Made by a program: the position numbers and the translations under genes
Notes under the pieces: generated by a model
The model's input: only the letters and a program-made list of their open reading frames with translations
Databases searched by the model: none
What the model was told of the DNA's origin: nothing
NCBI GenBank assembly: GCA_030684645.1
Contig: JAUXUF010000179.1
Coordinates: 40,279 to 104,278 of the forward strand
Origin: Bacteroidota bacterium
Lineage (GTDB): Bacteria > Bacteroidota > Bacteroidia > Bacteroidales > Prolixibacteraceae
Length of the DNA: 64,000 nucleotides
Reading direction: 5' to 3'
Shown: in pieces, positions 27,791 through 37,703 of the stretch
Layout of the letters: each line of letters opens with the position of its first letter
Position numbering within the stretch: the stretch's first letter is position 1

Positions 27791-30544
27791 TTAAAACATC
27801 CGGGGAAGACCCAGTTGCGCCTTTCCAGATGAATGATACCTGACGTTTTCATTTGGCAGTGGTTTTTCACTGACGACAGACCACGACCGGAGATCTTTCC
27901 CTTCAGGAAAAATCATGAAAACTTCGTTTGCTTTTGTTTTGATCTCCACAATATTCCCGCTAATCATCTGACTGTTCTTTTTCAGGTTTGATTGTGCAAC
28001 GGCCTTGTTCCAGGGCAATTCCAGTTTAAAGGCGTTCCCCGACAAACTTTTGATACATATCCATTGTACATCTCCGGATTTAATTTCCGCAGAAACAACA
28101 AAGCCACCTTCGGCATGGAGTGTAAACCTACCGGTTTTATTGGCCGGAAAAGCGGGAAAGATCCGCAAAATGCCGTCGTAACTCTGGAGCAGAGATTCGT
28201 TCATGGCTGTTGCCAGCACCGACATCGATTCCATCGACATGTGACGGAAGGGCCATACCGGCAGGGGAACTTTCTCTGCATCCGGCGAACCAATTACGCT
28301 TACCATATTTGTTCTGAAAAATAACTCTGCATCCTTATTTATTTCGCCACTTCCATCAATATGGCCCCAGCCATTGCAGTATATCTGCCATCGTTCAGGA
28401 AAATGTTTCAGATCAATGGCAAGTTCATTGGCAAGGCCTAAACGTGCCATGACTATAGGAACCGGATCCCAACCCATACATTCAGTACCATATAAAAGCG
28501 TAGTAGCAGTCATCACATTAAATGAGGTACTATCTTTTTGTGCCAACCCAATCAATCCGGATGGAAAAACAGGCGACCAGGGAACTGCGGGAAATATGCC
28601 GTCCAATACTTTTAATTCACTCCTTTTGCTTTGGTTATCGCCTCCCTCAAATAGAAAAGCATATTCAGGGTCATCGGTTTTGTAATGGGTGGTCAGCCAT
28701 TTATTTTCTTTAATCCCCCAGCCAGCCGCTACAATTTCATCTGTCGGAACAGCATATCCTTTAAAAATACCCCAGTTCATTTTATACCCGGCCTCTTCTT
28801 TAATAATTAACCCTTCACTCACCTTTACGACAGGAAGCGGTGTTAAACTTCCCAATATCTCTTTCCATTTTCTTGCTTCCGGAATATCCATACCCGACAC
28901 TCTCAATGCTTCCAATGCTGTTGCAAACAGGGTCTTTGCATAAACCAGTTCAGTGAGGCCATCCTTAAGTTTTATCCATCCTTCATAACCTGTACTTTCC
29001 TTAGCATGGTATAAGCCATCATTCCCTTTTACAAATAGTGATTCAAAAAACCTGGCTGCTTCAATAATGAATGGAAGGGCTTTTTCATTTAAATATTTTT
29101 TATCGGAAGTATATTGGTACTGTCGCCAGAATTCCAAAGCTATTTCAGCAACGGGAGTATGATTATCTTTTACATCCGTATCAATCCTGTTATATCCATT
29201 CCTGTTCGTGACATCGGAAATAAAAGCCCCATCAGCATTATAAAATTCCTTTGCATCTTTTTTTGCATGTCGCAGGGAATTAAACCTGAAATCCAGGTAT
29301 GGGCTAACAAGTTCGTGGAAACCTGCAGCATTCAATGGCCAGTACAACTGTTGCTGGTTCCAGTGAAAATAGAAATTCCATTGTTGTACATCGTGGCTCC
29401 AGCTCCACAAGCCATTGTTGAACCGCCCGGGGTATTTGCCCCCCTGCGACGCATTTGCATAATACATGGTGAGATACCAAAGGTTGTTCAGGTAATTATC
29501 TCCGTAATCCATGAACGAGCGGTTCCAGATAGATTTCCAGGATTCAGAATGGGATTGCCGGAACGGCTCTATACCTGTATTGCGTACAGAAGCGAGCCTA
29601 TTTTTCACTTCGGAAACCGGATCGCCAACGCTGGGGGATGTGACAGAAAAAGCAAGCTGCACGTTCTTTTGCCGGCTTCCGGTTAACTGGATCGCTGCAC
29701 AACGAGAATGCTCGCGGGAATAGTTCACAGTTAATTCATTGCTCTGAATCACACTGCCACCTATGGCAAATGTGCCGCCCGTCAATTTTTGGGTAATGAA
29801 AACACCTTTATCATCGACAAAAGCTTCGGTACCTGATAGCCCTATCGAAGCATCCCTCTTCATCCGGGTGTACCACATGGAGAAAGTTCTGGACCCAAAC
29901 CGTTCAACCGATATTTTTAACGGAACATCTTCATTCAGATCGCTTCCCAATTCGCAAAACAAATTTCCTGATTGATGATCGATAAATGCCTTTAAGCTTA
30001 CTTTACCGAACGGGCTTGTACCATCCAGGCTTAAAGAAGCATCAGCCAGGTTAAGACGGGCTTTAAAATCAGAAAGATACAAGGTATTAAAAACCGGAAA
30101 ATTGAAATCGATGGTGATCCTGCAGGCATGGCGTTGCGTGGTATAGTAGTCGTATTTCTCATTCCAGGTTTCAAACTTTTCGGACTTCGCATCATCCCAT
30201 AGATCGCATTTATTCAGCACAATAATTATTTTTGAATCCTCGCACCACATAAGTGACCCAACTTCACCATTACCCAAAGGGATACCCTGCATAGGATCAA
30301 CCGGAGGACTTTTGTACACCAAATCGTATTGAGAAACCCGGCCGGGCCATGCTATTTCCCATTGAAACTCTTTTGGGCTAAAAGCAGAACCAATTGTTGT
30401 TTGCGCGCTTGTAACTGAAGTTTCATTTATCTTAAAAGCCCGGGGAGCAATAGAACCAACTGCTTTAGTGGTGGTTTGAGCAAGAATTAACGAAAATAAA
30501 AAAGGGGAAAGTACAAAGAGAAAAACGAGAAAAAATTTTTTCAT
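27791..30544 (-). CDS. GH95-like (alpha/alpha)6 glycosidase, tandem paralogue 1
   Basis: 917 aa with signal peptide. Motifs QGIPLGNGEVG, LNKCDLWD, GKYPGRFNNGLW, FHWNQQQLYWP and ESLLQSYDGILRIFPAFP. Confidence 0.65.
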   Translation of the reverse strand: MKKFFLVFLFVLSPFLFSLILAQTTTKAVGSIAPRAFKINETSVTSAQTTIGSAFSPKEFQWEIAWPGRVSQYDLVYKSPPVDPMQGIPLGNGEVGSLMWCEDSKIIIVLNKCDLWDDAKSEKFETWNEKYDYYTTQRHACRITIDFNFPVFNTLYLSDFKARLNLADASLSLDGTSPFGKVSLKAFIDHQSGNLFCELGSDLNEDVPLKISVERFGSRTFSMWYTRMKRDASIGLSGTEAFVDDKGVFITQKLTGGTFAIGGSVIQSNELTVNYSREHSRCAAIQLTGSRQKNVQLAFSVTSPSVGDPVSEVKNRLASVRNTGIEPFRQSHSESWKSIWNRSFMDYGDNYLNNLWYLTMYYANASQGGKYPGRFNNGLWSWSHDVQQWNFYFHWNQQQLYWPLNAAGFHELVSPYLDFRFNSLRHAKKDAKEFYNADGAFISDVTNRNGYNRIDTDVKDNHTPVAEIALEFWRQYQYTSDKKYLNEKALPFIIEAARFFESLFVKGNDGLYHAKESTGYEGWIKLKDGLTELVYAKTLFATALEALRVSGMDIPEARKWKEILGSLTPLPVVKVSEGLIIKEEAGYKMNWGIFKGYAVPTDEIVAAGWGIKENKWLTTHYKTDDPEYAFLFEGGDNQSKRSELKVLDGIFPAVPWSPVFPSGLIGLAQKDSTSFNVMTATTLLYGTECMGWDPVPIVMARLGLANELAIDLKHFPERWQIYCNGWGHIDGSGEINKDAELFFRTNMVSVIGSPDAEKVPLPVWPFRHMSMESMSVLATAMNESLLQSYDGILRIFPAFPANKTGRFTLHAEGGFVVSAEIKSGDVQWICIKSLSGNAFKLELPWNKAVAQSNLKKNSQMISGNIVEIKTKANEVFMIFPEGKDLRSWSVVSEKPLPNENVRYHSSGKAQLGLPRMF

Positions 30545-30647
30545 ATTCCTGAAATTTTTAAACGATCTATTTATAATTGTACTTATGAGTTTATAATTTT
30601 GTTCATGTGCATCTGGATCAATTGGTGTATTACTGATTTTTTATCAT

Positions 30648-33332
30648 TTAAAACATCCTCGGAAGTCCCAACTGAGCTTTGCCTGAAGAATGATATTTGA
30701 CCTTTTCATTTGCAACTGGTGTTTCAGCGACCACCGACCATGAATTGAGGTTCTGTCCTTCAGGAAGGATCATGATTACTTCATTTGTTTTGGTTTTGAT
30801 CTCCGCAATATTTCCACCAATCATCTGGCTGTTTTTCTTCTGGTTTGATTGCACAATGGCCTTGTTCCACGGCAATTCCAACTTACAGGGATTTCCGAAC
30901 AAACTTTTGATGCCAATCCATTGTACAACGCCTGATTTAATTTCCGCAGAAACAACAAAGCCACCTTCGGCATGGAGTGTAAACCTCCCCGTTTTATCGG
31001 ACGGGAACGCCGGAAAGATCCGTAAAGTGCCGTTATAACTTTGAAGCAATGATTCGTTCATGGCTGTTGCCAGTACCGACATGGCTTCCATTGACATATG
31101 GCGGAAAGGCCACATAGGAAGCGGAAATTTATCTTTGCTGTTCACGTCCCTGACTGTGTTCGTCCTGAAAAACCATTCATAATCCTTGTTTATTTCGCCT
31201 TCCAGTCCCCAGTGACCCCAGCCATTGCAATAGATCTGCCATCTGCCGGGGAAACGTCCCAGGTCAACTGCTAATTCTTTGGAAAGTCCGAGACGCGCCA
31301 TAACAACAGGAACAGGATCCCAACCGGTGCCTTCCGATCCGTATAAAAGGGTGGTGGCAGTTGATATTTTAAATATACTGCTATCCTTTTGGGCTAACCC
31401 TATCACTCCGGATGGAAAAACAGGAGAGGAAGGAACAGATGGGAATATCCCATCTAATAACTTCAACCCATTGTTGGGATAATATCGGCTATTTATGCTA
31501 TCACTTTTGCCAACCGGATTATATACTGTCAGTAATTTGTTTTCTTTAATTCCCCAACCGGCAGCCAGAATTTCGTTTGTTGGGGAAGATTCACCTTTAA
31601 AAAATCCACGCTTCAATTGGTCGCCCGAGCCATTACCTTTAATCGTTTCTTCGTCGGTTTTTATCACCGGAAGAGGTGCCAGGTGTCCCAGGATATCTTT
31701 CCACTTTGTGGTTTCCGGGAAACTGGCGCCAGCCACTTTAACTGCTTCCAGCGCTGTTGAAAACAAGGCCTGTGCATAGACCAGTTCGGTTAGTCCATCT
31801 TTCAATTTTATCCAACCTTCATATCCGCTGCCCTCTTTGGCATGATACAACCCGTCAGTTTCTTTTACCAAAATGGATTCATAAAACCGGGCCGCTTCTA
31901 CAATAAATGGGAGGGCTTTTTCTTTTAGAAATTTTTTGTCGCAGGTATATTGATATTGCCGCCAAAAATCAAGGGCAATCTCGGCTATTGGTGTGTGGTT
32001 GATTTTTTCGCCTGAAGAGTTGTATCCCCTGCGTTCAGTTACATCCGAAATAAAAGCGCCATTGGAATTAAAATATTCCTTTGCATCTTTTTTTGCCTGG
32101 GGCAGGGAATTAAACCTAAAATCGAGGTATGGATTGACCAGCTCGTGGAAACCTGCGGCATTCAAAGGCCAGTACAATTGTTGCTGGTTCCAGTGGAAAT
32201 AGAAGTTCCAGTTCTGCACATCGCGGCTCCAACCCCACAGGCCGTTGTTAAACCGTCCCGGATATTTACCTCCTTGCGAAGCATTGGCATAAAACATGGT
32301 CAGGTACCAGAGGTTGTTGAGGTAGTCGTCCCCATAATCCATGAATGATCGGTTCCAGATCGATTTCCAGGCTTCCGCATTAGACTGCCGGAACGGCTCC
32401 AACCCTTTTCCGCGTACAGACGACAGTGCATTCTTTACTTCAGAAACAGGATCAACACCGGGAGATGTGACAGCAAAAGCAAGCTGTGCTCTCTTTTGCC
32501 GGTTTCCGGACAACTGAATTACCGCACACCGCGAATGCTCGCGTGAATAGTTCACCGTTAACGCGTTATCCTGAATGACACTGCCACCAACAGCAAAGGT
32601 GCCGGACGATAATTTTTGTGTGACAAAAGCCCCGCTCTCATCTGCAATTGCTTCTGTTCCTGATAACCCGATGGAAGCATCCCTGTTGATCTGGCTATAC
32701 CAGTGCGAAAAAGTTCGTGAACCAAACCGTTCCACAGCGATGTCGACCGGAACATCTTCATTCAGATCACTGTTCAATTCATAAAACAGAAGACCGGATT
32801 CATGATCGACAAATGCCTTGAGCCCTACTTTCCCAAACGGACTTGTTGCTTCAAGACTTAATGAACCGTCAGCCAGATTGAGCCTTGCCTTAAAAGCGGA
32901 AAGGTATAAAGTACTAAAAACCGGGAATTTGAAATCGATCACGATGCGGCAGGCATGGCGCTGCGTAGTGCTGTAATCTTCTTCTTTTCCGCTCCAGTTG
33001 TGAAACGGGCCAAATGTGGCATCGTCCCACAAGTCGCTTTTGTTGAGCACAGCTATTATTTTTGAATCCTCACACCAGAACAAGACTCCCAAGTCGCCGT
33101 TCCCCAGCGGAATTCCCTGCATTGGGTCAACAGGTGGGCTGAGGTAAGCCAAATCGTATTGCGAAACCCGTCTGGGCCAGTCAATTTTCCATTCAGCAGT
33201 TTTCGGATCAAAAGCTGATTGAATACTCCTATTAGCATTCGGCTGTTTGGCAAAACCCGTAGAACAGCTCAAAAAGTAAATTACACCTGTTAAAACAAGC
33301 CATCTTATTGCCCGTATTTTGCTCTTTTTCAT
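30648..33332 (-). CDS. GH95-like (alpha/alpha)6 glycosidase, tandem paralogue 2
   Basis: 894 aa, colinear with 27791..30544 with long identical peptide runs and the same C-terminus HSSGKAQLGLPRMF. Confidence 0.65.
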   Translation of the reverse strand: MKKSKIRAIRWLVLTGVIYFLSCSTGFAKQPNANRSIQSAFDPKTAEWKIDWPRRVSQYDLAYLSPPVDPMQGIPLGNGDLGVLFWCEDSKIIAVLNKSDLWDDATFGPFHNWSGKEEDYSTTQRHACRIVIDFKFPVFSTLYLSAFKARLNLADGSLSLEATSPFGKVGLKAFVDHESGLLFYELNSDLNEDVPVDIAVERFGSRTFSHWYSQINRDASIGLSGTEAIADESGAFVTQKLSSGTFAVGGSVIQDNALTVNYSREHSRCAVIQLSGNRQKRAQLAFAVTSPGVDPVSEVKNALSSVRGKGLEPFRQSNAEAWKSIWNRSFMDYGDDYLNNLWYLTMFYANASQGGKYPGRFNNGLWGWSRDVQNWNFYFHWNQQQLYWPLNAAGFHELVNPYLDFRFNSLPQAKKDAKEYFNSNGAFISDVTERRGYNSSGEKINHTPIAEIALDFWRQYQYTCDKKFLKEKALPFIVEAARFYESILVKETDGLYHAKEGSGYEGWIKLKDGLTELVYAQALFSTALEAVKVAGASFPETTKWKDILGHLAPLPVIKTDEETIKGNGSGDQLKRGFFKGESSPTNEILAAGWGIKENKLLTVYNPVGKSDSINSRYYPNNGLKLLDGIFPSVPSSPVFPSGVIGLAQKDSSIFKISTATTLLYGSEGTGWDPVPVVMARLGLSKELAVDLGRFPGRWQIYCNGWGHWGLEGEINKDYEWFFRTNTVRDVNSKDKFPLPMWPFRHMSMEAMSVLATAMNESLLQSYNGTLRIFPAFPSDKTGRFTLHAEGGFVVSAEIKSGVVQWIGIKSLFGNPCKLELPWNKAIVQSNQKKNSQMIGGNIAEIKTKTNEVIMILPEGQNLNSWSVVAETPVANEKVKYHSSGKAQLGLPRMF

Positions 33333-33342
33333 AGATTTGGAC

Positions 33343-34329
33343 TTATTGTTTCGCGGTTAGTCTTGTTAACGGGATATTTTTCGGAAAATGGTTTTCAAAA
33401 AATGCTTTCTCTGTCCCGTCATACATGGCCACCCGGACTGTCCCCCAGGTTTCCTGATCGCCAGTGGCATAATACAGGTAGGTTTTCCCTTCGTATTCAA
33501 GAATATCCACATCCGAGTTGTTTTTTCCTTCTCCTGCTGCGGCCTCCAGTATCGGATTATATGGGCTTAACTCCCAGGTTTCCAAATCCGTGGATCGCGT
33601 CAGATATGAAATCCAACCGTTATGCCCATTTAATGGAGCATGTACATAAATGACATAGTAATATGGTTTGAAATAGCGGATAAGCGGACAGGCCGAATAT
33701 TCATGGTTTTCGCCGGTAAAAGTCAATCCCGGGATTTTTTCCCATTTTGCCAAATCGGCTGAACGGGCAAATTTGAAGCAAAACTGGACCGGTTTATCCG
33801 ATTCGTATGCCATTACATATCCTTTGTCGGCGAGGCACACCGAAGAATTAAACAAGTGTTCGTTGCCTTCGGGCAGAATTACCTTTTCGGTTTTCCAGTT
33901 TATCAGATCGGTGGTGGTTAACCTGTCGATCCCTGTGGAATTCATTACCCTTCCAAAATCGGTAAATTCCAGGGCAAAAACATTCAGTTCGTTGCCGTTT
34001 ACATAGGCCGAAACAAACGAATGTCCCTGACCAAAGCGGGCAACTTGCTTGCCTGTTTGCAAATCGTCGATGTACAGATAGGCATCTTTCCCTTTGGCTT
34101 CACCCAATCCGGGCCGGTAATTCGAAACGAGCAGGAGTCGGGACTGGAAAATCACCGGCGTATTTTCCATCGGGGTCCTTCCTATATCAGAAAAGGCAAA
34201 GGGCATCTTCACAAGTACAGGTTTCTGAGCCTTCTGAGCAGACACTGTCGGGGTAAAAAACAGAAGGAATAAGCAACTCTTAATAAACAATCCTATTAAT
34301 CTATTTCTGAAATAATTATTTTTAATCAT
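33343..34329 (-). CDS. Unassigned five-bladed beta-propeller glycosidase-like protein
   Basis: 328 aa with signal peptide. Blade repeats TTDLINW, RSADLAKW and RSTDLETW; YSACPLI; ELSPYNPIL; NNSDVD..YLYYATGDQ. These resemble GH43/GH32/GH130-type propellers. Confidence 0.55.
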   Translation of the reverse strand: MIKNNYFRNRLIGLFIKSCLFLLFFTPTVSAQKAQKPVLVKMPFAFSDIGRTPMENTPVIFQSRLLLVSNYRPGLGEAKGKDAYLYIDDLQTGKQVARFGQGHSFVSAYVNGNELNVFALEFTDFGRVMNSTGIDRLTTTDLINWKTEKVILPEGNEHLFNSSVCLADKGYVMAYESDKPVQFCFKFARSADLAKWEKIPGLTFTGENHEYSACPLIRYFKPYYYVIYVHAPLNGHNGWISYLTRSTDLETWELSPYNPILEAAAGEGKNNSDVDILEYEGKTYLYYATGDQETWGTVRVAMYDGTEKAFFENHFPKNIPLTRLTAKQ

Positions 34330-34421
34330 GGGTGTCAGGTCTAAATTTGAATAAATCTTGTCATCTTAATTTTACTGAACTTATTTACCACGGAGCTGTC
34401 CTATCATAGTATTTAAATTCA

Positions 34422-35597
34422 TTATTTTAATAAAGGTTTGGGGATAGCCATATAATCGAATAACTGATCCGGCCATTGATTGATCCGTTCGAATCCTTCA
34501 GGAACTGGCTGACTGAACTGAACGTAAGCCTGAACTTTCCCTTTGGTGGTGTAGCTGACAGCCTTGCCATCCTCGCCCGAAGTAAAAACACTATAACCGG
34601 CAAGGATGCAGTCTTCCAGATCAACATGTAATTTCCCCGTTGCCTTATGGCCCTGGGTACAAATGATTCCCGTTGACTTGCCACCCATTTCCGGCTGAGT
34701 AAAGTTTAATACAATAAAATGACAACCAACGGCCCGGACATTTACGCAATTACTGGCATACGACATGGCCAACGCATTATCCGGATGGACAAGCGTACAA
34801 TCTTCCATAATGAGATGAGGGTATCCGGGCATTGTTTTTTCCCAGCCCCCAACCAATACGGCGCCAGTATCTCCAACCCAGTCGAGGGCCAAAAAGTAGC
34901 ATCTCCTGAAAATACTGGGTTCATCGGGGCGAACAAGCGGATAACAAATTCCCCCGCCAAAAGCACGGCCAATGCCAACGCAATCTTCCAATATCACAGT
35001 GAAACCTTCTCCGCTTTTATCGGTAAGGTCCCAAAAAAATCCTGCATCGCCACCGGAGGTATAGAGATTGCGAAGAATCCACCTATCCCAACAGATGCTG
35101 GAGAATGTTTGCTCTGTGAACTCAGGCCTCCAACCTTTGGAAGTGGCGCGAATCGTTGACCACCAATCGTAGCTCTTAAAACCTTTTTGAGGATCGCCTG
35201 AATCGATGATAATCCGGCCGGTAGCTCCGGAACCTAATTTGCCATCGGTATCTCCAATTAACAAATTATAGGCTCCCTGTGCCCCTTTGTACGCTGTGGA
35301 TAGATTGGCCTCGACATAGGTATCGGGCCGAATCATGATTTGATGGCCGCCCTTTTCATCAGGAATGGCCGACAATGCTGCCTGGATAGTGTGGTACGCC
35401 TTTCCCCAGCTACTTCCATCTGAGTTATCGCCTGACTTTGACACATAAATGTTTTTTCCTTTTCTTCCCAGATAATCCGGAGAAGACGGATCGACTGTAC
35501 CAGATCCAGAAGCAAATACTTTCGGTATAAACGACAAACACATTAATAGAACAATCAGTGCCCTTAATCCATTCCTGTATTCATTTTTTGTAATCAT
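34422..35597 (-). CDS. Secreted hypothetical protein with pectin-lyase-like beta-helix N-terminus
   Basis: 391 aa with signal peptide. IYVSKSGDNSDGSSWGKAYHTIQAAL..IMIRPDTY is the typical cap of right-handed beta-helix proteins. Confidence 0.5.
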   Translation of the reverse strand: MITKNEYRNGLRALIVLLMCLSFIPKVFASGSGTVDPSSPDYLGRKGKNIYVSKSGDNSDGSSWGKAYHTIQAALSAIPDEKGGHQIMIRPDTYVEANLSTAYKGAQGAYNLLIGDTDGKLGSGATGRIIIDSGDPQKGFKSYDWWSTIRATSKGWRPEFTEQTFSSICWDRWILRNLYTSGGDAGFFWDLTDKSGEGFTVILEDCVGIGRAFGGGICYPLVRPDEPSIFRRCYFLALDWVGDTGAVLVGGWEKTMPGYPHLIMEDCTLVHPDNALAMSYASNCVNVRAVGCHFIVLNFTQPEMGGKSTGIICTQGHKATGKLHVDLEDCILAGYSVFTSGEDGKAVSYTTKGKVQAYVQFSQPVPEGFERINQWPDQLFDYMAIPKPLLK

Positions 35598-35681
35598 AGT
35601 TTATTTCTACCTGATGTTATATTCCAGTAAACAGCTTGAATATTCTTCACAAAGTCAACAGTGATTTTGATCCATTTCAAT

Positions 35682-37631
35682 TTACTCTGTAATTCCCTTC
35701 CATTGGTCTGTCCGGAAGGACGATGCAGGAAGATCAGCGCTGTTGTATAGGTTGGCATCATCTGGATTGCTTCCCCAGGCATAGCGGACAGCCACAGGAT
35801 GCTGAACATCAGGGCAGGAGACCTCAATGGTGTTAATACCTGTAATTACAGCCTTGGCCCAATAAAACTGATGATCTTCACCAGCCACGGCAAAACCTTT
35901 GAGATAACCGTATTTGTCTTTTATTTTCAGCCCGGTTCCGACCTGATCAAAAGTCAGGGTAACCTTGGTTCCGATGACGTTCATCTTTTGGTAAACCGGT
36001 CCGCTGAATACTAAATCCTGATGATAAGCTACTTTTAGAGCTGCCAATGCCAGCCTGTTTCCAACCGTTTGTTTGTCTTTGGGATGAATATCGAGTGCAT
36101 CACCTACATCAGTAATGACGGCCATTCCCGTATTGGGCAGGGCCAGGGTTTTGCTTTGCGCTTCCCTCAATTCAGCCCAACTGCTTTCTGAAGGTATTGA
36201 ATCGGCCTTCATAAAGTTTGCCAACTGCACAAAAAGGAAAGGAAATTCTCCCTGATTCCAATGTGTCCGCCAGTCTTTGATCAGATCAGGAAAAACCCTT
36301 TGATATTGTTTGGCCCTCCCGGCATTGCTCTCTCCCTGGTACCAGATTGCACCTTTTATTCCATAGGGAACCAATGGGTTAATCATTCCATTGTAAAGAA
36401 GGGTGGGATATGAATTTGGGCTCAAAACAGTGTTGAATTTCACCAGGCCCAATTTATATTTCCAATTTCCGCTCAGTGATATAGTACGGTTTTCGCATTG
36501 CAGCCTGAGCATGGCGGTGTCACCATAAATACCGCAGTTACCACCGATATCCTCTACCTGAACGGTGAGTATATTTTTACCTGATTTCAACAAACCAGCC
36601 GGAATTTTATAGACCCGTGATTTTTCGGCCATCAGGATGGTAGATCCGATTAAGGTTCCATTCAGGTAACTGTGATCAGAATCGTTGATTTTAGCCAACC
36701 GTAGGGTCGCTGGTTTACCTGCCTCCGCCGGCAAAATATTGATCTCTTTTCTAAACCAGATGATTCCGTCCACCCCTTCCAATCCATTTTGCTCTATATA
36801 TCCGGGTAGTTTCATTAATTTCCAGGCTGAATCGTTAAAGTCAGGATCTGCCCAAATGGGTTGATCACCTTTCATGCCCAGATCAACGGTTGAGTATTCT
36901 CCTACTCTTTCCCGAACTTCCTTTTCAATAGTTTTGGCATAATCATCGAGATTTATTTTTTTTAATTGTGACAGTTGTCCGGCAAAATCAGGGTCCTTTT
37001 CAATCGTTTCGCCGCTGATCCAGGTTTCGGCTATTGTTCCACCCCATGAGGTGTTGATGAGTCCAATCGGAACTTTTAGTTTTTCATAGAGCGCCCTTCC
37101 AAAGAAATAAGCTACGGCCGAAAAATGGTGAGAGGTAGCCGGAGAACATTCCTGCCATTCACCTTCTTCAAGCTGATCCTGGGGAGTTTGAGAAATCCGC
37201 TTTTTAACGGTAAAGAGGCGGATCTCCGGATAATTGGAAGCCTCGACTTCAGATTCTCCGTTATTGGCAGAGATCAGGTTGAATTCCATATTGGATTGTC
37301 CTGAACAGACCCAAACCTCACCGATTTTTACATTATCAAAGGTTTGAAGGTTTTTCCCTTTTACCGTCATTTGATAAGGTCCGCCAGATTTCATGGCAGG
37401 CAATTTAACCAGCCATTTGCCCTCCTTACTTGTTTTTGCAAACACAGTAGCCTTTTCGATCGTTACCGTTACTTTCTCACCGGGGGAAGCCCATCCCCAT
37501 ACCGGGATCTCAATCCCTTGCTGCAACACCATATTGCTGTTAAAAATTGGAGGAAGTTTAACCTGAGCTGATAGGTTGCCGGCTATTATTAGCAGCAGCA
37601 GTGTTGTCCATTTTTTTGTAGTTGAAATCAT
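35682..37631 (-). CDS. Sialate O-acetylesterase (SASA) with inserted sugar-binding beta-sandwich
   Basis: 649 aa with signal peptide. Motifs GEVWVCSGQSNME, WGGT, an insert DGIIWFRKEI..LKSGKNILTVQV, WYQGESN and DIHP. Confidence 0.92.
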   Translation of the reverse strand: MISTTKKWTTLLLLIIAGNLSAQVKLPPIFNSNMVLQQGIEIPVWGWASPGEKVTVTIEKATVFAKTSKEGKWLVKLPAMKSGGPYQMTVKGKNLQTFDNVKIGEVWVCSGQSNMEFNLISANNGESEVEASNYPEIRLFTVKKRISQTPQDQLEEGEWQECSPATSHHFSAVAYFFGRALYEKLKVPIGLINTSWGGTIAETWISGETIEKDPDFAGQLSQLKKINLDDYAKTIEKEVRERVGEYSTVDLGMKGDQPIWADPDFNDSAWKLMKLPGYIEQNGLEGVDGIIWFRKEINILPAEAGKPATLRLAKINDSDHSYLNGTLIGSTILMAEKSRVYKIPAGLLKSGKNILTVQVEDIGGNCGIYGDTAMLRLQCENRTISLSGNWKYKLGLVKFNTVLSPNSYPTLLYNGMINPLVPYGIKGAIWYQGESNAGRAKQYQRVFPDLIKDWRTHWNQGEFPFLFVQLANFMKADSIPSESSWAELREAQSKTLALPNTGMAVITDVGDALDIHPKDKQTVGNRLALAALKVAYHQDLVFSGPVYQKMNVIGTKVTLTFDQVGTGLKIKDKYGYLKGFAVAGEDHQFYWAKAVITGINTIEVSCPDVQHPVAVRYAWGSNPDDANLYNSADLPASSFRTDQWKGITE

Positions 37632-37703
37632 TGTGTTGGCTTTAAAAATTGTTAAAATATGAGGATCAGATTTTATGCTTTCTGACGTCGGATCTATGGC
37701 ATG

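Noticed and set aside
30570-30610. Imperfect 20-bp-period repeat (tttataatt x2) between the GH95-like paralogues
   Set aside because: AT-rich and weak, and not seen in other intergenic regions.
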